DNA of 52,403 bases, the filler included, from Candidatus Zhuqueibacterota bacterium (lineage in GTDB: Bacteria; BS750m-G25), in NCBI GenBank assembly GCA_016783505.1. It is 4 parts of 4 records of this genome, joined end to end, with 100 filler letters (N's around TTAATTAATTAA, not from the genome) between each part and the next. Parts side by side here need not be neighbours in the genome. Positions count along the whole stretch, not along the records: positions 1 to 13,217 come from JADHWK010000060.1; 3 more parts are not named here. The stretch is one strand, 5' to 3'. The notes under the pieces were generated by a model. It did no database searches. It had not been told where the DNA came from and saw only the letters and a list, made by a program, of their open reading frames with translations. Positions 1 through 9,886 of the stretch are shown piece after piece. Both the position numbers and the translations under genes were made by a program. Within the stretch, counting starts at the first letter, position 1, and each line of letters opens with the position of its first letter.

Positions 1-251
1 TGGGCGATCTTAAGACAAAAAGGGAATCCATCCTTAAAATCCTTACCGGTCCTCCGGACTATAGAGCCGAATGGAATTTTCCCTTGAGAAGTCAATCCCC
101 TGCTTATATCAGGGCGGAACTCAGAACAGAATGTGACGGCAAAACTTACTTCTGCCTGACAAATCCTATCTGGGTCAATCTCCCTTAAGTAGTCTTTTAC
201 AGGTAGCCAACTTTGCTGCTTCAAGGTTACATATTGAAGCATTATGTAACA

Positions 252-282
252 AAAAACCAGCATCTTTTTAATGCTGGTTTTT
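252..282. terminator. Intrinsic (possibly bidirectional) terminator hairpin
   Basis: AAAAACCAGCAT / ATGCTGGTTTTT perfect 12-bp inverted repeat, 7-nt loop, downstream of the minus-strand 457..2113 operon. Confidence 0.6.
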
Positions 283-456
283 ACTTTTGTAGTTTTTAAA
301 TTTTTTAGTAATGTACCCCTAATATGTAAACGGAAAGAGTTTAGCTGTCGAAAAAAAGCGCGTGCTATTTTAAAGTAAGAATAATAATTAGTCAGCCAAA
401 AATAGAAACTACCTTTTTTCCATACTTACATTAAATGTTCCAATATTTCTATTTCG

Positions 457-1095
457 CTAATCCTCTAATATCTTATCTTCTTCTGGAGTTCTTCCATAAT
501 AGTACGAAATTTTATCTCGCAATTCAGATCTTGCTTGAATGGATAGTTGTAAGCATTTTGAATCCAATGGGGCGTCTTTTGGTGTTATTATCTTTTCGCA
601 ATTTATTTTATAGGTATTTCTAAAATCTATCATATAATAGTTTGTTTCCATATTATCCCCTCGTTGCCTATGTACAGTATATCTTGGGAACATACTATGT
701 TGTTCATAGATAAATACTTCAATGGAAGCGTAACCACGGCCTCCCATCAAACGTTTCTGTTTTTCTTCTGATGGAAATTTGTCCCAAACATAGGGGGAAA
801 CGGATTGTTGTGGTTCCATCTCTCGATTAATTCTTGTTAAATCTTCAGCAAAATAAGGATTATCAAAAAAGGAACTTAGCATTTCAATTAATGGAGATAG
901 AGAAATGACCTTTTTACCTATTGAGCAACAAGGAGAAAGTACAACACAGTAAGTTGGTAAATTAATATCAATTTTATAGTTCTTAAGTAAATTTGGTCCT
1001 TTAATATTTGGTGCTGTAAAAATAAATCCCTTCAAAACATCTCCAAATCTAAATGCCTTATCCATTTCCTCCTGATAGAACATATCCACACCCAT
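457..1095 (-). CDS. Hypothetical protein, third gene of TIGR04255-type module (GDV...CVVLSPCC pattern, possibly PemK/MazF-like fold)
   Basis: 212-aa ORF translationally coupled to 1095..1349; AT-rich. Confidence 0.65.
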   Translation of the reverse strand: MGVDMFYQEEMDKAFRFGDVLKGFIFTAPNIKGPNLLKNYKIDINLPTYCVVLSPCCSIGKKVISLSPLIEMLSSFFDNPYFAEDLTRINREMEPQQSVSPYVWDKFPSEEKQKRLMGGRGYASIEVFIYEQHSMFPRYTVHRQRGDNMETNYYMIDFRNTYKINCEKIITPKDAPLDSKCLQLSIQARSELRDKISYYYGRTPEEDKILED

Positions 1096-1349
1096 TATTC
1101 GCGATAGAATTCATCAACATCATGGTAACCTTTAGATGCTATTTTTTGTTTATATGATAAAAATTCCTTATTGACTCCAACTTCAATTATTCCAAGAAAC
1201 TCATTGTTTGGAGTCAATTTTATCTTAATTTGGTATTTATCAAACGGATAAACGATTATATTATAATCATCAGGCTCACCATGACTACCTGTGCCTTGAT
1301 TTTTTAGTTTATTGTAATCATAATCTATCTCTTGTAAATCCATTTTCAA
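1095..1349 (-). CDS. Small hypothetical protein
   Basis: 84-aa ORF overlapping both neighbours by 1-4 nt. Confidence 0.65.
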   Translation of the reverse strand: MKMDLQEIDYDYNKLKNQGTGSHGEPDDYNIIVYPFDKYQIKIKLTPNNEFLGIIEVGVNKEFLSYKQKIASKGYHDVDEFYRE

Positions 1350-2113
1350 CTCTCCCTTCTTTGCCGCATATATTGATAAACTGGTTCTTTGATTGTTTTT
1401 TCGTACGCTTCCAATATTATTATATGTAAGTCGTCTGTAACTGTTAGGTAGTCTTCTGAAGTAATATGTTCCGCAAAACCATCAAAATCAAGAATCAATT
1501 TATATTCATCCTCAATTTTTCGTAGTGATTCGATATAACGCAAATAATATTCACCTTTTTTAATCACGGTTTTAAAGTCCATCTCCTTTGCTTCAGCCAG
1601 ATTAAATCTATCAATAGGAAAAATTGAGTTATAGTATGTTCGGAATGTATCATTGTCTTTAGATGGAAGTGGACATTCATCGATATACCGTAAACCTATA
1701 CGTTTAATGATTGGTACGGATGTAACTTCAAAAAAGGAATCCAATACAAACTTTATGATATCTCTAAACTTATCGGCACCCCCTAAATCATAAGTTTTAT
1801 GATACTGTGAAGTTATATCCAGTGTGTCAGTTAATACGTTCAATTGAAAATTCTTATCAGATTTGAATTGCCATATTTTTTTACCCGCTTCCTTTTCTAA
1901 ATCGCCTGAAATGTTCTCAAGTTTTACTTCAGGCCCTATATCTGCAAATAAAAGCTGCCTCCGAAATAGAAGAGTTGATTGTGGGAATTCTTTCATTATC
2001 TTCAACTGCAAGTCGCCTATTATTTTGCTTTCCATATAGAACAGATTAGGAAATCTAATCTGAAATATCACTTGTTTTACCGTTGGGTTAGGAAATACCT
2101 CGTTAATACTCAT
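1346..2113 (-). CDS. TIGR04255-family protein
   Basis: N-terminal FPNPTVKQVIFQIRF, central IKRIGLRYID and C-terminal LILDFD motifs; AGGAGG RBS upstream. Confidence 0.75.
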   Translation of the reverse strand: MSINEVFPNPTVKQVIFQIRFPNLFYMESKIIGDLQLKIMKEFPQSTLLFRRQLLFADIGPEVKLENISGDLEKEAGKKIWQFKSDKNFQLNVLTDTLDITSQYHKTYDLGGADKFRDIIKFVLDSFFEVTSVPIIKRIGLRYIDECPLPSKDNDTFRTYYNSIFPIDRFNLAEAKEMDFKTVIKKGEYYLRYIESLRKIEDEYKLILDFDGFAEHITSEDYLTVTDDLHIIILEAYEKTIKEPVYQYMRQRRES

Positions 2114-2872
2114 AGTTTAAAACCTCCTTTTTTGTTTTTCATCTACTTGTTCTATACCTTTCATATCTTCATTGCAGATAATTCGCCAACATAAAAGCTT
2201 TCGCTCACGATTGCGAATAACTTAAAGTGACTAAATTGGGTGCTTTATCACTTACGATGGGAAATAATCCGAACCTGTTTAGTTTATCTCGATAATAAAA
2301 GGGTAGCTCAGCAAAAGCCTAACTATATAATATATTGCAACATGCGGTACAACAATCATTACCTTTTTGTTTTATAAAATGGATATGAAATTTCGTTTTA
2401 TAAGGTAAAGAATTAATTCAAAAATGTCAAGAAAAAAACGAAAGAAATCACCATGTAAAAACCGAAATTTTTTTATCAGACAGTTTAAAAAAGTCTGAAA
2501 GACTTTGTTGCTTCAACTATCACGATAATTCAATCTCCACAACTGCCGTTCCACCTTATTATCGCTGTAGTTGATAAGGAAGGATAAGTATATTCTTTTT
2601 ATCCGAAATTATCACTTCTACCTCGTCATTTTCCATATCATCAAAATAATCTACCGAATCGTGGGTGGACCAGAACTCTTGGATTTCCACCTCGGTTATA
2701 AAGGTTGGGATTTTTGCCATGATTATTTTTTCGGTGGTGACCGTTTAGTCGGGCGCCTGACCGATGCGATAGTTCTCCAACAGGTCCGGCAACGTCGTCC
2801 GCATATTCAGGCATGTCTGTAAGGTGTAATTTCGATTTTGAACCCGTCGTCCCGATGCCGACGTTGAAACCG

Positions 2873-3109
2873 TCAGGTTGCCATGCTTTGAGCCAAATCC
2901 CCAAAACCTCTTTTTAATAACTCTATTACCTCCTGATGCCTCTGTTCACCTTCCTTATGGATCTCCAGAAGTGTTGCATGCATCTCCAGATTTGTTGCAT
3001 GCATCTCTTTGATCAATTTCTTTGTTCCATTGAATACATATGCCACAACTCCTGACACTGATGCTACCGTTCCAAAGATAGTTATAAATGCAATGGTTAA
3101 TTCACTCAT
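2873..3109 (-). CDS. Small membrane-anchored coiled-coil protein
   Basis: 78 aa, one N-terminal hydrophobic helix, heptad repeat EMHATNL/EMHATLL; GGGAGG RBS. Confidence 0.6.
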   Translation of the reverse strand: MSELTIAFITIFGTVASVSGVVAYVFNGTKKLIKEMHATNLEMHATLLEIHKEGEQRHQEVIELLKRGFGDLAQSMAT

Positions 3110-3213
3110 TACTTCCTCCCTTTTTTATTTCGGCAATTATCCAATTAAAACACTATTTCAAAGCCACCTATTCTTCCATATCATCTACAACGGACCACTG
3201 ACAACGGGCATTA

Positions 3214-4734
3214 TTATCTTCTCGACTTAACCGGAGGTTTACTTTTTCCTGATGGCGGTTTCTTGTCCGTCTTGGGGGATGGTTTTTCAGCAGGCTTTTC
3301 CACCGGCTTCGGCGTGATCTTGCGCTTGATCTCCTCCCTTTTTGGCTTGGGCTTATACACTACCCCCTTGTTTTTAGCAGTGGATTTAATGGTCTCCCGC
3401 AGGATGAGGTCCAGGTTATTCTCTTTGGCAGTTCCCCGCTTTTTCGTCAAACCACTCAGTTTGTCCCGGGAGGAACGGACGTCGGTCTCCTCCACTACCC
3501 GGGTAGAAGGCTTGCTGGCGGGGTGTTTCTCCCCGGAAAAGGCCTTCGCCTTACTCAGAAAGAAATCATCGGAGGTCTTTTCGGCAACCCTATCTTCCTC
3601 AGCCGCAATGTAAACCCTATCACCCTCATAGTAGACGGGCTTCTCTTTCCCAGCATCGGTCAGGTAGACTTCACGGTAGGTCAGGAAGGCGAAGTTGCCG
3701 TTGGTCTTTCCCGAAACATACTTGTAAACATCCACACCCTCCTGGGAAATACCGCTGCAGGCGATGGTATGGATGCTGATGTGACGTTTGTTCGCCTCTT
3801 CCATCTCCTTACGATAATCATAATCGTCCCGGTAGTCCATATGGGGTGGGGCGTCCCCGATTAAAAAGGCGATCTTGCTCACCCCAGGCCTGAGATCCCA
3901 ATCCATAGACCAGATGGCCTCATGGAGGGCCTCGTTAACACTTTCCGGGTCATCCCCCCCACCACTGGCAGCGATCCCGTTCAGGTGGTTGATAAAAGCC
4001 TGAACATCCTCAGTTAGGCGAAATTTTTTAACGATATAAGGGTCGCCACGGTCCTTGTAGTCCACCATGCCGTAGCGGACCACCGGGGGCGGGATTCCCT
4101 GGCGGATGTCGTCCACCATCGTCCGAATGCGCTCCTTCACGGCGCTGATCTCGTCCCCCATGGAGCCGGTGGAATCGAGGATGAACACCACATCTATGTG
4201 GGGGGATTGGGGTGAAGTCCCGGCTTCCGTAATCTCCACCCCCATAAGGTCGGCGATCAGGCGGGTGGTCAGTTGATCGACCATATCAAAGATCCCCTCA
4301 ATCTTGCTCCCAAAGACCTTCTCAGCATGAATAATGGACCCGCTTTTTACCTCCAGAATGTGGGCATCTAACCGGACCTTCTTACCCCCGGTGGTTAGAC
4401 TGCCCAAGATCAACAGATCAGCGCCGATCATCTCCCCTACCGAAAGGGCCTGATTGTCCTCAATCAGCCCCGTCTGTCCCAGCTCCAGTTCCTCCAGGGC
4501 TTTCCCCAGCCTCTCCCGCTCCACCACGTTGATCCCCGATACACCGGAGATGTCGGTGATGATCATCTCGGCGATCCCTTCCCCTAAATAGTCCAGCTCA
4601 TCGGTAGCATGATTAATCTTGAAATTGAGAACCGCAACATTAGTCCCCCCCGCAAAGCCGATATTCAGGCGCAAGAGGAATAGCAGAGTCAGGGGAATAA
4701 CCGCCCAAAATCTTGGTTTCATTTTGGACTCCAA
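3214..4734 (-). CDS. Secreted CsgG/HfaB-like domain + VWA domain protein
   Basis: Signal peptide; VVERERL..LEEL..GQTGLI (CsgG/FlgO-like); MIDAS DSTGSM, GGDDPE and DAPPH VWA motifs; Lys/Pro-rich tail. Confidence 0.8.
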   Translation of the reverse strand: MESKMKPRFWAVIPLTLLFLLRLNIGFAGGTNVAVLNFKINHATDELDYLGEGIAEMIITDISGVSGINVVERERLGKALEELELGQTGLIEDNQALSVGEMIGADLLILGSLTTGGKKVRLDAHILEVKSGSIIHAEKVFGSKIEGIFDMVDQLTTRLIADLMGVEITEAGTSPQSPHIDVVFILDSTGSMGDEISAVKERIRTMVDDIRQGIPPPVVRYGMVDYKDRGDPYIVKKFRLTEDVQAFINHLNGIAASGGGDDPESVNEALHEAIWSMDWDLRPGVSKIAFLIGDAPPHMDYRDDYDYRKEMEEANKRHISIHTIACSGISQEGVDVYKYVSGKTNGNFAFLTYREVYLTDAGKEKPVYYEGDRVYIAAEEDRVAEKTSDDFFLSKAKAFSGEKHPASKPSTRVVEETDVRSSRDKLSGLTKKRGTAKENNLDLILRETIKSTAKNKGVVYKPKPKREEIKRKITPKPVEKPAEKPSPKTDKKPPSGKSKPPVKSRR

Positions 4735-4805
4735 TTTTATTCTTTTATCCTATTTGCAACACTCTAATTTAATAAAATAATCGGAAATGTCAAGAGGGGT
4801 TTAAA

Positions 4806-4850
4806 TAAAATCCTCATTTTATCTAATTCACCATCATTCAGGGACCTAAC
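4806..4850 (-). repeat. Diverged copy of the 3' end of gene 10301..11335 (attR-like junction)
   Basis: 38/45 nt identical to 10301..10345; translates VRSLNDGELDKMRI vs VRPLDDDKLDKMRI. Confidence 0.85.
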
Positions 4851-4970
4851 GGACTTGCGCTTCAGCAGCGAGTCTCCGATACATCTGTTCTAATCCTTTA
4901 TCTCGTTTACCAATTGTCTTCATTGCTGGAACGGGCCGTCATTCCCGTCTGCTGCAGGCGCTTGTTATGC
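4844..4970 (-). mobile_element. Integron attC site 4 (last in array)
   Basis: Minus strand GCATAAC-AAGCGCCTGCAGCAGAC ... TCGCTGCTGAAGCGCAAGTCC-GTTAGGT; complementary arms with AAC/GTT cores, directly after the stop of 4977..5966. Confidence 0.85.
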
Positions 4971-4976
4971 ATAATA

Positions 4977-5966
4977 TTATTTAAGAATTTCTATTAGAGA
5001 TTCAGCGGATGATAAGGCTTTGTTGGCTTGTCCTTCCCCAATATCAATTAAGTTCTGATGAACCGCCTTGTTTCTCAGTGTAATCGATTCTAGCATATTA
5101 TCGTAGACCATTTTATGCGTAGAATTCTCCTCATCAAGTAACTGAATTACTTCCACAGACATCAGGTAATGCAGATCGACCTTACTGGATAGTTCATTAA
5201 TTTTAGTCTTTGATACACCGCGAGTTTCCCAGGCATTCTTCACAGAATTGATGATAACAGGTTCAATGGCTGTGATTACGTCAATTAGACAATTACGGTA
5301 CTGTCCAAGTTCATACCAATATCTGGCAGAATTCATCGAAAGTCGTGTTGAGTTCAAATACTTATCATCAGCAAGTATGAGACGAAAATCGTTATGTGCT
5401 TTCAAGGGCAATGCATACTTCGCTTTTCTCATATCCAAATTCATATTTAGTCTGAACTTTTTTTCGTCGATGTTAGCCAGCCTCAGTACGCTTCTAAAGG
5501 GGAGATCTCTGAGTGTAGGCTTATAATATTCTCCAGAACAAATTCGATATTTCTCAATGAATTCATTTATCACACGCTTTATTCGTTTATAGAGTCTTTT
5601 CTCCTTTTTCTCCTGTTCATCTTTATCATCAAGAAATAATATTTCGTTCGAGGACCAAAAAATCTCTAGAATCGTTTTTCTAAAATGATCAGTATCATCA
5701 CGAATATACTCCACATTTCTCCCAATAAAATTCTGAAGAAAATCGGAATGATCTCCTGAAAATGACGGAGTTAGGAGACCCAATGATGTTGGCTTACGAT
5801 TTGGATCGTCTTCGTAATAATCAATATTGATGCTACCCTCTGCGTTTTGTGTCCAATAATTATATGTGACGATAGAATATTCCTTACCGTCTACTCTTAT
5901 GCGGTATTCATCATTTTTTAAACGAAGAGAAAAAGGAAGATTAGTTGTCAGTGAATATCTGATCAT
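4977..5966 (-). CDS. Gene cassette: protein with C-terminal HEPN-like (ApeA-like) domain
   Basis: 329 aa; RNKAVH = RxxxxH motif, preceded by TAIE; AT-rich; flanked by attC sites. Confidence 0.65.
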   Translation of the reverse strand: MIRYSLTTNLPFSLRLKNDEYRIRVDGKEYSIVTYNYWTQNAEGSINIDYYEDDPNRKPTSLGLLTPSFSGDHSDFLQNFIGRNVEYIRDDTDHFRKTILEIFWSSNEILFLDDKDEQEKKEKRLYKRIKRVINEFIEKYRICSGEYYKPTLRDLPFRSVLRLANIDEKKFRLNMNLDMRKAKYALPLKAHNDFRLILADDKYLNSTRLSMNSARYWYELGQYRNCLIDVITAIEPVIINSVKNAWETRGVSKTKINELSSKVDLHYLMSVEVIQLLDEENSTHKMVYDNMLESITLRNKAVHQNLIDIGEGQANKALSSAESLIEILK

Positions 5967-5984
5967 CTGATTAAATCCTTTTAT

Positions 5985-6113
5985 GCATAATAACGCCCGG
6001 CATCACCAGTGGGCAGGGGAAACGGGACTTAGTCAATGGTAATTAAATACCAAACTTGGAAAAAGTCTTTAAACGCCACAACCCTGCCCATCTGGTGCAT
6101 GGCGTTGTTATGC
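5985..6113 (-). mobile_element. Integron attC site 3
   Basis: Minus strand GCATAAC-AACGCCATGCACCAGATGGGCAGGG ... CCCTGCCCACTGGTGATGCCGGGC-GTTA(TTATGC). Confidence 0.85.
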
Positions 6114-6150
6114 CATCTTAATATCCCATATCGCAGAAACGTTTATAGAA

Positions 6151-7428
6151 TCACAGTATTGGCACATAGTCAGATTCAGCGTCAGTAATGAGTTGAAAAA
6201 CATGTTGCAATGCAACATCACTCTTAGAAGGATTCTCAAAAAGAAGACTGAGCAATAAGCTTGCACTGCTGGTCGCTAAACCCCCAATAAGGGAGGATAT
6301 AGGTTCTCCGGTAGTTGCGAAAGTTCCAATGACCCCACCACCAAAACTTAGGCCAGCTGTTTTCACTTTTGACCCCAATGAGTGCTTTGATATCCTTTCC
6401 TTAAGATGGAAGGAGAGTTCTGGTATTTCTTTTTTTGCGATGCGCGAAAAAGAGTTTGGACTTCCAATGTCCACAGTATCCAATATCTTTTCTAACTCAG
6501 ACCGCCACATGAAGAATGTATCGTTATCTTTATGTAAATCAGTTACTTCTCTCGCAGATAAATCGACTATGGAGGGTAAACGACAAGCTGACAGAACAAG
6601 ATCTTGCCGGACACCAAATTTGAAAGGCTTGAATGCACGTCCTGCTACCAATCCTTTTGCGACATACAATGCTGCACCAAATAGACCTTGAAGCACAATT
6701 TCGTAACCCTGTTGATCACAATAGAGCAGTCTTGCATTAAAAAAACGCCTATTAAGATTATCCTTACCCCTTGCAATATCAAGAAGGCCACAAAATGCTT
6801 TAGCCTGTTCAACGGGTAGATTTTCGAGAACAATCTTCTCTGCTTCATCAAGTACGTGTAAGTGATTATCGTCAAGTTCACAGAGAGCGTCACATTCAGG
6901 AGTACGAGTTATTGGGACGCTATAGCCGCTCGGAAATGTCTCAATAAGGCCGGTATTTAACAAAGGACGCATTCGAGCCCAAAAACGAAGAGCATGTTTA
7001 AGAACGGTGTCACCCAATCTTCTTGAGGCTTGTGCGGAAGTAAGTTTCAAGGTGTTCGCCCATGCTGGAGCTTCATAAACTGATGATGTTAAAGGTTCAG
7101 AAACCGCTACCGCATCATAATACAAAAGATACTTAAATATAGCGTTACCGACTTCATGTAATGGCTTGTAGTAGTTTTGACCGCCTGCAAATTCATGAGA
7201 AAGCCAAGCACTCATATCACGTGTATTAAACATTTCAAGAAATGCTACTCTGCGATCATTATCTGAAGAAGTACTCTCATATTGTTCACCACTGCTTAAA
7301 ATCAGGTCTCGAATATCGTCTATTTGGTTTGTGGAGACCTTATCAAATGTAATGTTTGGCGAGATTTTCTGATCGACTATTCTCTCTATCTCGCACAATT
7401 GCTTTTCCCACCAACATTTTTGTTTCAT
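6151..7428 (-). CDS. Gene cassette: hypothetical protein with two C-terminal hydrophobic/Gly-rich helices
   Basis: 425-aa ORF between attC sites; cassette ends GTTATGCC / GGCATAAC are complementary. Confidence 0.7.
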   Translation of the reverse strand: MKQKCWWEKQLCEIERIVDQKISPNITFDKVSTNQIDDIRDLILSSGEQYESTSSDNDRRVAFLEMFNTRDMSAWLSHEFAGGQNYYKPLHEVGNAIFKYLLYYDAVAVSEPLTSSVYEAPAWANTLKLTSAQASRRLGDTVLKHALRFWARMRPLLNTGLIETFPSGYSVPITRTPECDALCELDDNHLHVLDEAEKIVLENLPVEQAKAFCGLLDIARGKDNLNRRFFNARLLYCDQQGYEIVLQGLFGAALYVAKGLVAGRAFKPFKFGVRQDLVLSACRLPSIVDLSAREVTDLHKDNDTFFMWRSELEKILDTVDIGSPNSFSRIAKKEIPELSFHLKERISKHSLGSKVKTAGLSFGGGVIGTFATTGEPISSLIGGLATSSASLLLSLLFENPSKSDVALQHVFQLITDAESDYVPIL

Positions 7429-7445
7429 TGATATTAATCCTTAAG

Positions 7446-7521
7446 GCATAACGTGCCGCATAACCGGCTGGTAAAGTAGCGCAGCGGATTTACCAGTCCG
7501 AGTTAATGCGGTTGGTTAGGT
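7446..7521 (-). mobile_element. Integron attC site 2
   Basis: Minus strand ACCTAAC-CAACCGCATTAACTCGGACTGGTAAA ... TTTACCAGCCGGTTATGCGGCAC-GTTATGC; TAA stop of the upstream gene lies in the R'' box. Confidence 0.9.
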
Positions 7522-8649
7522 TTTGAGATCGTTTATCCATTGATTAAGAGAAATGTAATCCCTCAATTGCATTTGGTGTTTCACTTCTTGTTGGAATTCT
7601 TTAGCGCCTCTAGTAAAGCTTGAAGTTGTAGCTATGATGCCAGCAGTAGCTTTTTCTAATTGGACAATGCCATATAAAGATCTTACAACATCAACTTGGA
7701 CCTTGTTCGTCTTTGCGTACCTTTTACATTCCACAAGGAAAAGAAATCGACCAATCTCATCAGAACGAGCAGCGTATATATCAACACCACCATCTTTGGC
7801 TGGAGGTGTGAGGGTGATCTCATAACCAAGCTTATTAAGGAGTTCAGCCACCAGTCGTTCAAAATCCCTTGGGCTCAATGTGTACATTAGCTCTGGATTT
7901 TTCGTTACTTCACGGTAAAGCCTCTCCTCGAGATACTCAGACACCTCTACAATTGGTTTTGGCAGGGCAATAGATGGATCATATGGAACACCATCAGGGC
8001 CTATAATCCCTGGCTCTCTAAAAGGTTGAAGGTCTCTTATTAGCTCATTCCATGAAAGCAGACCTTCTCGAATCGTCGATGCACCCAACGATAGAAATAA
8101 AGGATGCCCTTTTACGTAATTGAAATATTTTTTTGCGGAATCTTCATTAATCAAGGCCAACCTTTTTCTCAAGAGCTCGTCCCATTCTGTATGAGAAAAA
8201 CCCTCAAGACGAACATTTACACTACCTAGCATTTGAACAGGGAGCTGAGTTTGAGAAACAATTATACAGTTTAAATTTATGTTAGCTGAAAGTTCATGAT
8301 TTAGTTGGTCAAATGCTTTTGGCTTTAGAAAGTGGGCCTCTTCTAAAACAAGCAAAGAGCGTTTTGTAGTGTCGAGTTTCCTTGTTTTGGGTAGATCATC
8401 TAAGACCGCACCCCAATGGGCATATGTAACCTCGATGCCCCCTGGAAAATCAGTTTCGTGCATACGCCAAAATTGATGAACAAGCGAGGTTTTGCCAATA
8501 CCAACTCTTCCGGTCACAATCACAACCTGAATGGTATCACTGAGCAGAGATTTTTCAAGGATACCAAGCTCTTTTGCCCTACCCACAAAAGTACTTTCAC
8601 TGGCTGGCACTGCCTCTGTTGCTGTAAGGTGTAAACGTTCAAATTGCAT
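7516..8649 (-). CDS. Gene cassette: P-loop (AAA/NB-ARC-like) ATPase fused to Mrr-like restriction endonuclease
   Basis: FVGR..EL, Walker A GRVGIGKT, LLVLEEAH; C-terminal FERLVAELL..GY, DGGVD, VECKRY, TTSSFT (Mrr_cat pattern). Confidence 0.85.
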   Translation of the reverse strand: MQFERLHLTATEAVPASESTFVGRAKELGILEKSLLSDTIQVVIVTGRVGIGKTSLVHQFWRMHETDFPGGIEVTYAHWGAVLDDLPKTRKLDTTKRSLLVLEEAHFLKPKAFDQLNHELSANINLNCIIVSQTQLPVQMLGSVNVRLEGFSHTEWDELLRKRLALINEDSAKKYFNYVKGHPLFLSLGASTIREGLLSWNELIRDLQPFREPGIIGPDGVPYDPSIALPKPIVEVSEYLEERLYREVTKNPELMYTLSPRDFERLVAELLNKLGYEITLTPPAKDGGVDIYAARSDEIGRFLFLVECKRYAKTNKVQVDVVRSLYGIVQLEKATAGIIATTSSFTRGAKEFQQEVKHQMQLRDYISLNQWINDLKT

Positions 8650-8659
8650 TGGTTTTCAA

Positions 8660-8789
8660 ACCTAACGATTGCATAACCTGCGCGAAAGATTAAGGTCACG
8701 GAGCGTTGCACAACCACAGAGCTTCGAAGAATGCACCGAGCTCTGGAATCACGTTACAGCTTTCGCGTCAGGTTGATGCGATGTTAGGT
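8660..8789 (-). mobile_element. Integron attC site 1
   Basis: Minus strand ACCTAAC-ATCGCATCAACCTGACGCGAAAG ... CTTTCGCGCAGGTTATGCAATC-GTTAGGT. Confidence 0.9.
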
Positions 8790-8844
8790 ACTCGTTATAG
8801 GATGCATTTTCTGAAAATTAATCCCAGCTTCATTCAATAAAGTA

Positions 8845-9846
8845 TCACAACGCAACCATTTTAAAATCTACAATAGCTTTTTTGAAAGGTTCAATTAATT
8901 CGAATGGCAATGTTTTGTATGCCTGTCGATTGACCCAGAAAATGGGTTCTGCGCTCCATTTTTCTGCAAATAAAATCGCTGAGAGATTTTCTAACAATTG
9001 ATGGTTAGTTTCATCCTCCAGACAATTATTGACTACGTGTTGGAAATCGGAATCACTTCGAGCGTCATGCGTACTGTACAAAACAACTACGTTGGTTTCA
9101 CCCTCTATAAGTTGTTCAGTCTTGGTCTTCAATTTTGTCCAAATCTCCTTAAAGCCATAGGGAATCTCTGAAAGTACAGTCCGGTTTTGTTTGAAGAACA
9201 AGTCGTTGTACAATTCCTCATCTGTTCGCAATCGTGTAAATTCTATATAGATATATTCGTTTTCAAAGTCTAGTTGATAATCAGGCCCTTTAGTTTTCAC
9301 CGTCGGATAAAAAGTTAGTTTTCGAATCCCTTCGATTTGTCTCATAAGCCCAACCGCAAACTTCCCTTCAAAAAATAAATCCTCGAATTGTAAAGAATCA
9401 CCAACATTAGCACGAAGCTTCTTTTGAAAAAGGTGTAGGTTGTTTACTTCCAATCCTTCGAGCTGCTCGGTTAATTGTCTCAGGCCATGTTCATGAGCAA
9501 TGACGAAAATTGCTTTCTGTCTAAGATTTGCTGGTAAATCACAAAATTTACTTAAGAGTTTGATATTGGATTTAATCTCTGTTAGACTTGAAACGAATTC
9601 TTTATAATTTGATTTGGATTGAAGTTCATCGATCAATATTTCCTGTTTTTGAGAATCACATAAAAGAGAGCCTAGCCATATCTCTGGTTTTTCTGAATCA
9701 AAGTCAGTCAAGATTGAACGGACATCCGAAAAATTTCGGTACAATTGTAAATTGTTAAGAAGGATAAATAGGTTGCGAAGTTCATCTCCCTTTGATTTTT
9801 TGATTGATTTCTTGAATCTTCCAAATGTTACATTATGGTGATCCAT
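8845..9846 (-). CDS. Gene cassette: hypothetical protein, possible PD-(D/E)xK nuclease fold
   Basis: 333 aa; FE...GPDY...YIEFTRL pattern; AAGGAG RBS; first cassette of array. Confidence 0.65.
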   Translation of the reverse strand: MDHHNVTFGRFKKSIKKSKGDELRNLFILLNNLQLYRNFSDVRSILTDFDSEKPEIWLGSLLCDSQKQEILIDELQSKSNYKEFVSSLTEIKSNIKLLSKFCDLPANLRQKAIFVIAHEHGLRQLTEQLEGLEVNNLHLFQKKLRANVGDSLQFEDLFFEGKFAVGLMRQIEGIRKLTFYPTVKTKGPDYQLDFENEYIYIEFTRLRTDEELYNDLFFKQNRTVLSEIPYGFKEIWTKLKTKTEQLIEGETNVVVLYSTHDARSDSDFQHVVNNCLEDETNHQLLENLSAILFAEKWSAEPIFWVNRQAYKTLPFELIEPFKKAIVDFKMVAL

Positions 9847-9886
9847 TCAAATCTATTCTCCTTAAAGAATCAATCCATAAGTTATC

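Noticed and set aside
3110-3214. Further attC after the VWA gene (VWA gene as a cassette)
   Set aside because: No AAC...GTT paired arms; the gene has host-like GC content and its own TTGACA promoter-like element at 4793-4788.
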